Shown here one piece after another: positions 22,511-35,783 of a stretch of 64,000 nt of DNA; the first letter of the stretch is position 1; every line of letters starts with the position of its first letter. Made by a program: the position numbers and the translations under genes. The notes below the pieces were generated by a model that had not been told where the DNA came from, did no database searches, and worked only from the letters and a program-made list of their open reading frames with translations. Origin of the DNA: the human T2T-CHM13v2.0 reference genome, Homo sapiens; assembly GCF_009914755.1 (NCBI RefSeq), contig NC_060936.1, one strand, 5' to 3'.

Positions 22511-24014
22511 TGCAAAATACTTTTTAAATGAAAGAGAATGCAAGCCACTTAATTATGTAATTCAGCTTGATCCTTTATGCTCTCAGTTTTCATGTTTTGA
22601 GTTTCCCATACTGGAGTGTGGTTATTAAATGTGTGTCCTACTTCTTTGGATGGTGCACTGGCTGAGTGTGTGAGTAAATTTTTTAGAATGACCTAGGTTC
22701 ATAACCTAACTTGTTGATTCCTTGTTTTCTGGGTAACTGTAGACACATAAATTGAGTATTTTCATGCTGTAGTATTTCCACAATAAATGGTGGTGATATT
22801 TTTCACCTTTGGAAGTCAGTAAAGTTCTGGAAAATCCTTAGGTGAAATGACTTTAAATCAAAATAATATTTTACAACAATTATATGGCATTATGTTAGAA
22901 TGAATGCATAATTGGAAACTCATCCAAGAAGCTGGTACGAGAACTATAAATATATTTGTGAAAATAAAGTGGTGAGATTTGGCTGCTTAGAAACAGAGGG
23001 CAAAGGTTTCTGTGAAACAGCATGTGCCCTTTATTCCCCAGGTGTTTGCTCTATCACAGTATCTATAACATAGTAAGAGCTTTATTCGGGTGCTTAGTCT
23101 GGTACCTGAAATGCATTAGTGAATGTTGAAAATCACATTGTCTTGACTTTTTCCTGTCGATGACCAAATTTTTTGCAAGCATTATCTCAGTATAGTTTTT
23201 AACAGTAAACCAATGTGTAGATTGTGACATAATTTCAGCCTCAATTCATCTTCACATAGGATCAGGTAAACAAATTATGTATTATAGTGGAAGTCAGACA
23301 GACCCAGGTTAGAAACTGAATTTGGCTATATTTACTTTCCTGTGTTTTCATGCAAAAATCAAACATCTTTGATCCCCATTTATAAAATGGAGATGAATTT
23401 ACACATTTTATAGAGCTGTTGACTAAGGATTATGGATAATTTATGTAAATGTGTAGGAAACACTATAGGCACTCAGTATGTGATAGCTATGGCTCCACTA
23501 CAAAATGTTTAGTATCAGTAGGGGTGTATGTGTGTGTTTGTCTGTGTGTATATGTACATTTAGTATATGTGTTAGTGAATCCTTTTCTTAGACAAGTCTT
23601 AAGCCCTTATACAGAAAGAAAAAAAAAACAAAATTAAGAGAACAGAGATTGGGTGAGGCTGGTAAAGGGAGAAAGGAGTCTTGTCTGGCCAGTGCTTGTC
23701 ATGGCCCTCAGCAAGCTTCCATGGCCATCCCTGTTGCCCTTTACAGAGGTCTAGAGTTCTAGAGAACAGCATGGAAACCATGCTAGTGGATTTTAAACAC
23801 CTCAAGTGCAAGAATGGAATCTTCTTTATTAACTGATATAGGTATCGCATGTGGTCTTGTGCTACAGTAGGTGATTGGCCACAGCTTGCTACTCCACTAC
23901 TGAAGTTTTTGCTCCATATTTGACTACACAGCAGAGTTATCATTTGAAGGTGAATTAGGAAACCCACTAGCAAGCCTATGTCATTAATGGATGTAATGAT
24001 AACTTTTTTTTCAG

Positions 24015-24113
24015 ATCTGGGTTGGAATTTGCCCCTGACAAATAAGAAAATGATGAGTGATGCAAGTGACATATTGGCTGCGACGTTGGAGCAGATGGAT
24101 GGTATCATAGCAG
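24015..24113 (+). pseudogene. PPFIBP1: PPFIBP1-like first coding exon (ATG 24050; MMSDASDILAATLEQMDGIIA-G)
   Basis: tttttttcag acceptor, ATG at 24050, 64 coding nt, donor G|gtgatc. Confidence 0.93.
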
Positions 24114-25243
24114 GTGATCTGCGTCCTGTGAAAGACAGAATCACAACATTTACTCTGCTCATTTGGCTTTTTCACTACAACTTTCATATTATCTTTTCAC
24201 TTTATTTTCATTTTTTAGCCCTATGCCTTTTGCTTCCCTGTAATTTCATCTTTGTTCCTCTTCTCCATTTTCTACCAGCATTATTCTCAAACATTATTTT
24301 AAAATATCAAAAATTCCAGTTCCATCCTAGATTTCTAATCAAGGAAAAAGAATCTGCATCTCAGGTGATTCTGGTGTAGGTGGTCTGTGGACCACACTTT
24401 GAGGGACATTTCTCTACCCAGTGAACATGAATGTTCTGATCTGTTTTCTTGAATTCAAAATTCACTTTCCACCAATGACTCTCATGTCTGTTTTTTTTTT
24501 TTTTAAGAGTGGAGGTCTTGCTCTGTTTCTCAAGCTGGAGTGCAGTGGCTATTTACAGGCATGATTGCCTGTGAATAACATGCATAGTGCAGCCTTGAAA
24601 TGCTGTGCTCAAGCAATCTTCCCACCTCAAGTACCTGCAATTACAGGCACATGCCACTGCACCCAGCTTATTCACATTTATTTACCTTCCCAATTCTTTG
24701 CTAAGCTTCCAGTCCCTATCTCTAATTTCCAACCAGATATCTCTCTGGAAATGTCCTATAGGCACATCAATATAATCATTTAACACATTGAGCTCATTGT
24801 CTTTCCTTGGAATTTACTCTAATAGTCTTTATCTGAGTTCATTTCATAACCCTTCATCCACAGTTTTTCTAAGCCAGAATTTCCAGTATTGGTCCGGAAT
24901 GGACCAGCTCTAATATTTGTATTTTCTGATCTGCCACTTTCTTATTCATGATCTCCACGAGGCCAGCACACCTCACACCAAAGCCCACCCGGCTCTTCTT
25001 CTTTCTATACCCCATGATTGGCCTCCTTGGTGGGAACTGGACCATGGATATTTACCATCAACTACATGGTTTTAATTTTTACACCACGTAAATCTGACTT
25101 GGAGAGATTTATGTGATTGAATTTTCTTTTTTCTGTTTCTTTTGATTGTTCCTTACTGTGACTAGACTGGTTTACCACCTTCAGCTTTGGTGTTTTATAT
25201 AACATAAATCCCATTGCTTTCTCTGTGATTTTGTTTAACTTAG

Positions 25244-25449
25244 GTTCTAAGGCCCTGGAATATTCCAGTGGGATTTTTGGTTGCCAATCTCCCACCTCTC
25301 CATCCATGGGAAGTTTGTGAGCCCTGCACCTTGTGGAAGACCTGCGTGGATTATTAGAGATGATGGAAACAGATGAGAAAGAAGACTTGAGCTGCCAGTT
25401 CCCAGATTCAACAGTAGAAATGCTAATTGAATGGTTTCAAAGTCAAATG
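25244..25449 (+). pseudogene. PPFIBP1: PPFIBP1-like coding exon 2 (206 nt) with in-frame TGA at 25318-25320
   Basis: aacttag|GT TCT AAG GCC...; SKALEYSSGIFGCQSPTSPSMGSL*ALHLVEDLRGLLEMMETDEKEDLSCQFPDSTVEMLIEWFQSQM; donor gtaggt. Confidence 0.93.
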
Positions 25450-25885
25450 GTAGGTGTCTGCCTGTTACAAATTCTGTATTATGAATCTTTTGTTGCTTAT
25501 TCCAAAATTTAGAACATAGAATAGCTGATTAGAACAAAAAAAAAGTATAGGGCAACAGATGTGCTCTATTTTATTCCTTAAGATATCTTAATTTTCTTTC
25601 GACTCTAAGAATAACTTTTTAAAAAGTGCTATTAGTGTACATTTTGTAAATACCAACAACAGGTCACCTGATTCTGCCCATAAAAACAGACTGGCTTTTA
25701 GATTGTGCCTGAATGACCTACTGTGGCTTAAATCAAATAGTCCTTTAAGGGAAAGAATCTTGCACATAATTGATGATTTCTCAGTCATATTGGGTTATTC
25801 ACTATAAAGGACTCAATAGCAATGCTACATGGAAAGCATAATGAAAGACATTCAAAAGCCACAGGGGTTAAGTATTTGACCTGAA

Positions 25886-25899
25886 GTGCCATCTGGTGG
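25886..25899 (-). promoter_or_regulatory. CTCF core motif
   Basis: CCACCAGATGGCAC matches CCASYAGRKGGCRS at 14/14. Confidence 0.55.
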
Positions 25900-25957
25900 T
25901 TTATTTCAATCATTTCAGTTCCAGTTCTTGAATTAAATTGGGGAATTGGGCCTTTAA

Positions 25958-26085
25958 CCCATTTATGCGTAGTGTTCCATTATTGGAACGCTAAGCTTGT
26001 GGGAGTTATTTATATCCTACTGCTCAATGTCATCGCCCAGTTCTGATTTTTCACAAAAAAATTAGCAACCTCCAGCATAAATGGG
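25958..26085 (+). mobile_element. MER85 non-autonomous piggyBac (PGBD3-derived MITE)
   Basis: TTAA TSDs (25954-57, 26086-89); TIRs CCCATTTATGC...GCATAAATGGG; internal palindrome GTTCCATTATTGGAAC at 25974-25989. Confidence 0.92.
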
Positions 26086-27009
26086 TTAATGGTGTTACTC
26101 ACTAAACAACGAGGCCTCTTTCTAGGCATCCTTCTCAAAAATTGATGATGTGGCAGAGCTACCCTTTGTCTCGATACAGTGGTAAATACCATGCTTTTAA
26201 TCTGTGATGGACACATAAAATCTAAATAGTGTCACAAAAACAGATTCAGTGGAGGACAGAGGAAAGGAGATATTTTGTGCCTAAAGGATATTCAATTTTC
26301 AGTAAGATGCACTCATATGCTTATGAGTTAACTGTGTTTATATCAAAACTAATGAGAATCGTATGAAAGAATTGTGATCTACTTTTGGATCTGTGGTAGA
26401 CATGAAAACTGCTTGCTTTGGGAACCTTAAGAGTACATCCTACAGCTAAAACATTTTCATATGATGTGACACAAATATTAGAGCTCCCAGCCAGTCCTGT
26501 GCTGAATACTCTGTGTTCCCACCTGGTTTACCTCTGCGTTTCTGAGAGCGAATAGTACAATCTATCCTTTAGTGGGGGTGCAGCTATACAAACTGGAGTT
26601 ATTTTACTTGTTAAAACACATAATGCCTTACTATTATACTTTATATTTGCTCTACAGATTTCTCCTCCAGAGACTTAAGGGTCCAGGTTTGCTGATTTCT
26701 TTAGGGATTGCTTCATGCTCTGTACTTGGTGTTTCCTGACATATTCCTTAGTCTATTTCAATGTCCTATCTCACCCCTTCTTTACTCCATGTTCTTCTGA
26801 CCATTTAGCATGCAGTGAAAAAGGAATTTACTATTGTTAGAAGAACGTATTTCTATCCCACACCCAGAGGCCACCAATGGCAATAGTAGCCGAAGCGTAC
26901 CTGTAGTTCAGCTTTTGACATGTGTCTAAAACATGTCCATTAACATGTGCTTAATCTGTTCTGTGAAAGTATTTTCAGAAATGATAAAAAGTAATGATGG
27001 TTACATCTG

Positions 27010-27620
27010 AATATAAGTTAGATCATGACACTCACTCCTTTTTTCAGAAACTACCAGTGGCATCACATCTTACTCAGAGTAAAAACCACAGTGCTTACTG
27101 TGGGCTGCAAGGCCTCGTAGGATTTGCTCCCCATGACTTTCTGACTTCATCTCTTGTCACACATCTCCTTATTCGCTCCACGCCAAGCACAGTGGCTTTT
27201 TCACTGATTCTTAAACATGCCAGGTACACTGGCCTCAGAGCCTTTGCACTGGCTTTTCCAGGCACTGGCTTTTCACTCTGCCTGGAAAGCTCTGTCCCTA
27301 GATATTTGCATGGCTAGCTCCCTCACATTCTTCTGGTATTTACTCAAAAGTTGTGATCTCAGTTAGGCCTTGTATCACCACCCTAACTAAAATTATACCC
27401 ATTTATTCTTTGTCTTACATCTCCCTGCTTTATTTTGTTCTTAGCATTCACCACTTTCTTATGTGCAATGTATTTGTAATGTTTATATCATTTATTTTCT
27501 GTCTTTTCAACTGGAATGTAAGCATCATGAATCCAATTTTTGCCATTATTTTTAAAAATTTACTGTATCCCTGGTGTTTAGAAGAATGCCTGGCTCAGTA
27601 GTTATATTTGTAATGAATGA
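27010..27620 (+). mobile_element. L2 3' fragment
   Basis: gatcatgacactcactcc; gcctttgcactggct; tgcctggctcagtag...aatgaatga. Confidence 0.65.
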
Positions 27621-28319
27621 TGCTCCATGAATGATAAAGTGGATTGCATGTTTGAATGAATGGAAGTTGTTTTAAATTTATTCCTTGGATGGGTAATGGC
27701 TTGTTGATCTGTGTTTTCAGTTGCTTTCTCTCTTACTATTTGACATTTTAACTTTGAGAATCCACAAAATGACAGATATTTTACAGAACTAATGAAGATT
27801 CGGTTTTTATCCTGAAAGTAACAATAACAAAATAAACTAGATGTAGATCCAGAGAGATAAGGGACTTTTGTTGCTGTTGCTAAATTTATTTATATCTATC
27901 TAACTTATCTATATGAATTCCTCACCTTGACCCCAACCTTCCAAATTAAGTGTGTTTTCTCAAGCACACAGAGAATGACAGGATGAAAGAAGAAAAACAG
28001 CAAAAGGCAAAAAGAGCAGGACTGGCTGTTTGGAACCATAAAAGCATAGGTGTGAAATTGAGTTGTCACCACACACCTACCACGATAGACTTTATTTTAG
28101 AACCAAAAAGGAATTTGGGCCAGCATTGGGAATCCAACAAGTAGAAGATTATATGCTTATAATTTAGTGATTTGCTGATAATATTAGATTTTTCCAATTT
28201 AATATTTCAGAAGTTGGGCTGTGTTTTATGATCTTAAAATGGGGATGTGTATACATTTTAGCTCAGATCCATCCTCCCTTCCTCTCTCCCTTCTTTCCTT
28301 TTTTTATTAATAAGATACT

Positions 28320-28570
28320 TAGAATAGTCAAATTTTAGAGACAGAAAATAGATTGGTAGCTGCCAGGAGCTGAGGGGAGCAGGGAATGGGAAGATAATAC
28401 TTATTGTGCATAGAATTTCAGTTTTGCATGATGAAAAGAGTTATTTACATGGACGATGGTGATGGCTGCAAAACAATGTAAATGTGCTTACTACCACTGA
28501 ACTATACACTTTAAAATGGTTAAGATGGTTAATTTTACATATATATTTTACCACAATAAAAAATTAAAGT
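28320..28570 (+). mobile_element. L1MB/ME 3' end
   Basis: gatggtgatggctgcaaaacaatgtaaatgtgctta...aaaatggttaagatggttaatttta...caataaa. Confidence 0.7.
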
Positions 28571-31500
28571 TGATGGCGTCTTAGAATTTAAGGAACACAG
28601 AATCCTAGCAAATTCCCCCTTCATATTGAACATGGGAAAACTGCCCAAATAAAAGAGATTATGATGTTTTAAAAAAGAAAGCAGTGAATGATAAGGCAGG
28701 ATTATATCTATGCAGTTTCAAATGCAGGCTGTAGTGACAGCAGACCTGAATTTTAACGTTGGCCCTAACTCTTCAAAGCTTGTATGACCTTGTGAAAATG
28801 TCTGAAGCTCTGTGTCTTGGTTTTCTCATCTGTAAAATGGGGATGATTGTTACTGCCACTTAGTATTGTAAGGATCCTATGAACTAATGTATGCTGAGGG
28901 CTTATGAATACACCTGGAAAAAAGGCTAGTCAGAGAGGTAATACTGAAGAGTAGAGTGTAGAGAATAGAGGGAAAATGTTTAACAGCATCCCTTTGCAAT
29001 GAGGGAAAGAGAATTAGGTCCAGTTACAAGGGGAATAAAGTTACAAACTACCCATACATAGTTCACTTCTTGTGACAAAAGAGTGCAAACGTTTCTCAGA
29101 CTGAAGAGAAGCTTCTGGAATATTTTAGAAAAACTTAAATTCAAAAATTTTTGGAAATAATTATGTATCTGTTAATAATAACAGATATATAATTATGGTT
29201 CCATTCATGTTTAATGATGGCCAACTTGAGAGGCCCTGTACTTTAAGATGGATACTAACCTTTTCATTAGTGCAACTGGGCATTTGCAGTTCAAATTATC
29301 ATTTTGCCTGGGCCGGGGAGATCCCCTGGTTTCTTCTAGGATGCAGGTTATTTCTTTACTACTAATTGCTCCTGCCTGTTTGTTTCATATGATCAGACAC
29401 TGAATGAGATAAAATACCAACACTAGTAGCCTGTTACAGTGAAGGGACATTAAATCTATAAGAATGAATTTATTAGTGTAGCTCTAGGCTTCTGGAAATG
29501 AACAAATTTCTTTTAAAATTCAGAAGTGTGTCTCCTGTGGTTAAAAAAAACTGTAGACTATGACATATTTGTTTAATTACTGAGGCTGAATTTTCTGTTT
29601 TGATTGTGAGATATTATAATGTGTGAACACAGATATTAAAAATGGAGAATTATTTGCTTTATGAAGCTCTAGATGTAAGAAGGCAAATGTAAAAATATGT
29701 CTAATTGTTTGAGTTAAGCAAGTAGTTATTTACTTTAGGTCTAACTTGATGAGTTGCCCTAGAACATTCTTATAATTTTTTTTAACTGAGGATCATGACC
29801 TTGATCCATGTCAGCAGGGGATCAGGTAGTGAAATCCCGAAAGTGTCTGACTATTTGGCAGTTTTAATTATGAGGCCATCTCAAAGTCAGCAGAAATTAC
29901 AAGAATACAATTTTCAAAAAAGTGAGTGAAATACTAATGGTGAATACTAATGGTAGTAACGCCAAAGCAGGCATCATCACCTATGAGATAGATAGAGTGT
30001 AAACAGGGGAAATGAGATGTTCTGGACTGGCTTCTGACCTGTTAAATCATCATAATATACTTCTCTCTTATTTTTACATTAAAAGTTAGATAATATTAAT
30101 CCCAAATGTATATTTTTAAAAGTTACCATAAAAATAAAAATACTCATAACTTAAAAGAGTTCAGCCACGGGACATGCTCTCTGCAGGGGTGCTGGCTGTT
30201 CTCCCTGCGTCCCCGACTCCCAGTCCCATGAAGCAGTCCCCGTCCTACCACCCTCCGATCCCTGCTGCTTTCTGACCAGCTTTGCTTTTCATCTGTGCCT
30301 CCAGGAAATATTTTCTCAGGCCTTGGCAAACCAGGTACATCTTAAGATTGTATCCAGTATGTGATCACAATTATCTTGAATTATGCAGTGCCTCACTGAG
30401 ACATCCTAGCTAAAATTAAGGCAGTTTTCCCCTTAGTCTTCAAGTAAACTCCCATGGAAAGTATTCACAGACACAGAAAAACAAATTGACCAAATCGGCA
30501 GAATTCTTAGTTTACAGAGGTAAAAGATGAGCTTTTCATGGAATCCTAGGCCACTGGTATTTGTTAGGATTGAATGGAAAGAGGTTTCCCTGTTCCTTTA
30601 GGAAAGTGAGTTAAGAAAGAAAAAGTGACAAGAACAATAGGGACTTTTTCTTGGTCTCATGTTATCCTTCCCAAAGTAGAAGACAGATTCCTTCTCTAGA
30701 TCTTTGTATCCTGTCACACATTGCTGGCTTTCAACAAATGTTGAATAAATGAGTGAATGAAGATATTGAGTGAATGAAGTTGCTGCTGTACTGGGATAGG
30801 AGCTGGGGCTTCGCTTCTAGGGACACTGGGACCTTCTTTTTTCTCTGTCCTCCCCAAATTCAGGGGACTTAGGTGTGTACCTATGACTAGGGTAATATTA
30901 TAGTCTAAACATGTACTCCCCGCTTGCCCACTGCGAAGCTCATGCCCTCATTCCACCACACCCAGTGAGAGGACAGGGGAGCGGAGTACTGCCACTGCCT
31001 GGTTGCTTGGTTTCCAGCATCACTGATGTCAAGTTCTTTTACTCTTCGGACGGTAGTGGTGTAAGATGCCTTATTATGGTATTGAACTCAAATGCAATAT
31101 GACTGTGCTCTTCATGGCTGAAGGATTCAAGTCTTATCTCAATCTCTCCTCATAGTTTAGAGTCTAGTGGAGAGCAGGCATGCAGGAAATGTTTGCATGC
31201 GTGGCAGAGGTATAATTCTGAGTACAAAATGCTGTCATAGTAATTATTTCTTTTGGTAACTAGAGATAATGCTTACTTAAAGGAGATTTCGTGGACTGAG
31301 CCTTACTTTTCCTTTCTTGATACTGAATGTTTAAAAACAGGATTATGAAATCAAAACTGTGTGATACTTTTAATAACTAGTCTTAAAAATAAGTATAATA
31401 ATGACTGGCTGGAATGTGATGTGTGCATGTATTTGTGTATATGTAGTATTACTAATCCAGCTATGTTTTAATTTTTGTTGTCCTTAAAAAGAGGGCTGTT

Positions 31501-33042
31501 TTCTTTTCCCCATTTTAATTTAGGTACTTACCATTCTGAATTGGGAATCTTGCACTCAAAATTACCTTCTGTTTTATAAAATAAATAAGCATGATAGTGG
31601 CAAATCATTGCTTGTATGTTGATTTTGGATTTAGACAGGACAGCAGAGCTCAGGAAAGAACAAAGCGAAACAAAGGGGAAACAGGAAAGACAACTGTAGA
31701 CCAATGCAAACCAATAGAACCCAGAAAATCAAAGGAAAACACAGCATGATGTTATAAGTAAAAGCAGCAGGTGAGACTCCTACCTTCCGTAAATTAATAA
31801 CTATTGAAATGGAGTGGCGTGTACATGGGGTTTCATTGTGCTCATTTCTCTACTTTAAATCTATTTGAAATTTTCTGTAATAAAAAACTTTTAAAACATA
31901 CACAAAGGAAAGATGTTAACATTTATTACATCTTTATGCTTGATTGTAATACTTGATAATTAAAAGGAAGTTGATATAAAAATAAGGCTTTCCACTTAGA
32001 TGGTGAAGGGAAAAGCAGATGGTATTCTGATGTTATGTGTAGCACCTGCCATGTAGAATCAGGGAATTCATTTTCCAGGTGAGGTTCCTGGCTAGCTCTA
32101 AGATTCTGTAATTCTATGACAGATAAAGCTTTTTAGATGTGCTTCTCCCTATCATGCCAGGAAAACCTGGCAGAGGCCATAAGTTCCTTAATTAAATCAA
32201 AGTACCAATGTTATAGTTGAGTTAGATCTCCCTCCCTGATTCTGCATACACACTATTGGTTGGATACTGTACTGTTGAAATCCCCACGTTGATTCCAATT
32301 TCGACTTAGCTGAATTGAATGTGGTCAATAAAAGGTCGCACCATGAGCTAAAGTAGATAGGTAAAGTGACTTTGGCTGCTCTTCCATGCTTTGAAAGTCA
32401 GATTGACTCAACAAGAGTTTATACTTAAATACATTTTAAATTACATGCTCAGGATTTTATAAGCACCATGGAAGAATCAAAAGAAACGTAAGACAGTTTT
32501 GCACTGAGAAACTTAGGCTGAGTGACCAACTCACATAAAATTATTAGTCATCTACCTGAGGCAGAATATGATGGAAACACTAAAGAACACAGTTTAAGAC
32601 AAGACCCAGAAGGTCAGCCCGTAGATGGGGAAAGGAGAATGGCACCATGTAAAGAGGAGGAGGTAGAAATGGGTTATGAAAGACGGATTGATCTGAGAGG
32701 GAGGAGTGGGAGGTGAGTGGAGTGTTGGGTACAAAACCTTGGGATAGTTGTTGTAAAGGAAAGTGGAAGAAAGCTCATTAAAAGGAAGAAATGGAAAATG
32801 ATAAGTAGAAGTGGTGATTACAGGTCCCAGCAAAACAGGAAATCAAGGTTCCAAAGTAGAAGTGGAATGATGAGCTTTCAGGAAGGAGTTAAGAATCAGT
32901 TCTCCCAAGCCTGCAGGACCAAAGAAAGGAAAGAAATAAGAGGTAATATATATTATACTATTACGCACTGAGGAAGAAAGTGTCTAAGGGAGCTCACACG
33001 AGATGGCCTTAACTATTGTCCATTACAAAGGCTCTGAGATCA

Positions 33043-33080
33043 GGCGGTCGGTTAGCTCGGTTGGTTAGAGCGTGGTGCTG
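33043..33080 (+). pseudogene. Tailless retropseudogene: 5' half of tRNA-Ile (positions 1-34) flanked by an 18-bp TSD
   Basis: GGTCGGTTAGCTCGGTTGGTTAGAGCGTGGTGCTG (33046-33080) versus tRNA-Ile-AAT GGCCGGTTAGCTCAGTTGGTTAGAGCGTGGTGCTA; perfect direct repeat acaaaggctctgagatca at 33025-33042 and 33081-33098; no poly(A). Confidence 0.9.
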
Positions 33081-34077
33081 ACAAAGGCTCTGAGATCACC
33101 TCCTAAACATAGTGGGAAGAGAGAGTACAGGAGGAAAAAGGAGCCAGTCTAGATAGAGGTCAACCATGGCGTGCATACCAGATTATAGAGGACACATAAA
33201 TAAAGACCCACTGAGAAGCAAGAAGGGCAGATCAAAACCAAACCTGCAGTCATCTTGTATTCAACTAGTGTTTATTGAACACCTATCGTCATTCTTCCAT
33301 TCAACAGACATTTAGTTATCGCCCACTGTATGTCACATGCCAAGGCAAATCTACTTGCAAAGAATGCAGAGTCTATTAGAAGAGAGAGACATGTATGCAG
33401 TCAAGTCTAACCTTAGTGCATTCAGAGTAATGCCTGCTGTAATGAAGGTTCATGTAGATACTGTCGCTGGCATATAGCAAACAGTGAGTTCAAGGAAGAC
33501 TTCACAGACCAAGCCCTGATAGAGGTGGACCTTAAGGAATGGGGAAAGAAGAAGAAAGGGTGGGAAAAGACGGTCCGTGCAGAAGGAATAAAAGTAGTGT
33601 GTGAAAGAGCATGCCATATATGGGGAGGTTTTGAGTGACCTGGTAGGTAGAACGTGGGAGTTGAAGGAAGAATAGAGACAATAGGGTATTTACCTAATGG
33701 ATCTTACTGCCAACATTCTTAATGCAAAGGAAACAAAATTGGCAGAAATATAAACACAGGTGGACAGAACAGTCTTTACCTACTTAAGTTAACACAAGGA
33801 TATAACATTGATCACTCTTAAATTCTGCCTTATGTTCCTATAGTGACTTTTAATATACTAAACTACCCTTGAGCATTATGAGTGCTTGTAAATATCAATA
33901 CAGTACTGAGAAAAATAAATATGCTAATTTTGAGCCAATTTTCAGTATCTGTTTCTATTTGGGGCTAATTTTGGAGAACTGGTTTTGGAACACCTCACTT
34001 CCATATCATACAAAGTAGCTTGGGAGGAAACACTGCTCTCCTCTTGCTATAATTTCCTCCAACCAGAAGAAAGATCA

Positions 34078-34367
34078 GTTTTGTTTTGTTTTGTTTTTCT
34101 TAAGATAAGTTCTTGCTTTGTTGCCCAACCTGGAGTGCAGTGGCGCAAACATGGCTTACTGTAGCCTCCACCTCCTGGGCTCAAGTGATCCTCCTCCCTC
34201 AGTCTCCAGAGTAACTAGGACCACAGGCGCACACCACGATGCTTGGCGGTTTTTTGGTTTTTTTTGTTTGTTTGTTTGTTTGTTTGTTTTAGATGGAGTC
34301 TCACTCTGTCGCCCAGGCTGGAGTGAAGTGGCGCGATCTCGGGTCACTGCACATGCTTGGCTGTTTT

Positions 34368-34410
<43 letters not shown>

Positions 34411-34523
34411 TTTTAGTGACAGGGTCTCACCATGTTGCCTATGCTGGTCCCGAACTTCTGGGCTCAAGCAATCCTCAGCCTCCCAAAGTGCTGGAATTAC
34501 AGGCGTGCACCACCACGCTTGGC
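34078..34523 (-). mobile_element. AluJ with a severely truncated younger Alu nested in its linker
   Basis: Insert 34256-34352 flanked by atgcttggc[g/t]gttttt. Confidence 0.85.
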
Positions 34524-35607
34524 CAATTTTGCTTTTTGTCCTCACTGAACAGCAGTTTTTTTTTTCCTACTTACTGAAATGTGTCTGTTTCTAAAATATT
34601 ATTACTTGTATGGGATTTTAAAAACAGATGCCTGTTTTTTTCTGGTTCTAAATTTGAAGGTATTATTTTCTTTTTCAATTGAACCCTGGGTGGCCCTATC
34701 TAACACTTTTGGATTTCAACTGGCTTTTATTTCTATTGTATTTGAATGAAGAATCAGGAAATTCTATTGGGATTACATATTTTATGGTTATGTTGAGATT
34801 ATGAGAGATACCACCTACACTACTGCATATATTTCAAAATGATGTTTTTAGGTTTTCTGTTCTTTGTGAGCCTCTTCATGTGTCTCTTTCATGACTTGCA
34901 TATGAGACAGCTGAGGAAGAAACAATCAGTCTATACTTCCTTTGGCATTTATACCATGCATAAATATGCCCAAATATGATTTTTTTTTTTAAAAAAAGGG
35001 TGTGGGGCATGAGGGAGGGGAAGAAATAGTAAGCATCAATATATACAGAGCACTGATCCAGATGCTGGGGAGATTACAAAACAATTTATAGGCTCTGCCC
35101 TGGAATAGAAGGTAACATTATATGAACAAGCAAACTCATAAGAAGTTAATAAGATCAGGACAGAAAGTGTTAAAAGGCAGATAAGTGAGGCTAGTCTGCA
35201 CTACCAGGGGAAGTCACTGTGGCCTGAGTGTTTAAGCTTTTGGAGGAAGAGAGACAGACCTCAACAGCTTGGGGGGCCCCCTACACACTCACAAAGCTTT
35301 GCCTGCCCCAGGTGTGTGTCTGCTCTCAGTGAAGAATACAAGTAGCCACTGTTCCTTGTGGGTCATTATTTTCTGCTTGTTAATAAATGTTTAGTTTGGC
35401 AAAAACATGCTTATATGCTTAACATGCCTGTCTTACTTCTTTTGTGGTAAATGAACCAAATTGCATTCTTGTATTTTCTGTTTGACAGTGACAGCTGTGC
35501 AGATTCAATTCAGGCCCCTTGGACTAAGGACACTTGTGATTTTCATTTATCTACAATATATCATTCTTAGAGAAGATCAGCCTTACCCATATTATTTCCT
35601 TTTTCAG

Positions 35608-35694
35608 ACAAATGGACACCTACCTGGGAACGGAGATGTGTATCAAGAAAGGCTGTCACTTTTAGAAAATGATAAAGAATCCCTCCTTCTTCAG
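35608..35694 (+). pseudogene. PPFIBP1: PPFIBP1-like coding exon 3 (87 nt; TNGHLPGNGDVYQERLSLLENDKESLLLQ) with GC donor
   Basis: ccttttttcag-type acceptor; open phase-0 frame; CAG|gcaagt donor. Confidence 0.92.
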
Positions 35695-35783
35695 GCAAGT
35701 GATTTTTAAATATTATTCTTTCCTTGCTGCGTACAAAGAGTGTTTTAAATTAGGGTGACAAATTCAGATTGCTTGCAACCTGC

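Noticed and set aside
23599-24162. 187-aa - strand ORF over the first PPFIBP1-like exon
   Set aside because: No recognisable homology or supporting signals; probably a chance antisense frame.
26916-26950. Three ACATGT cores resembling a p53 element
   Set aside because: Only one half-site (AAACATGTCC) fits RRRCWWGYYY, and the spacing is non-canonical.
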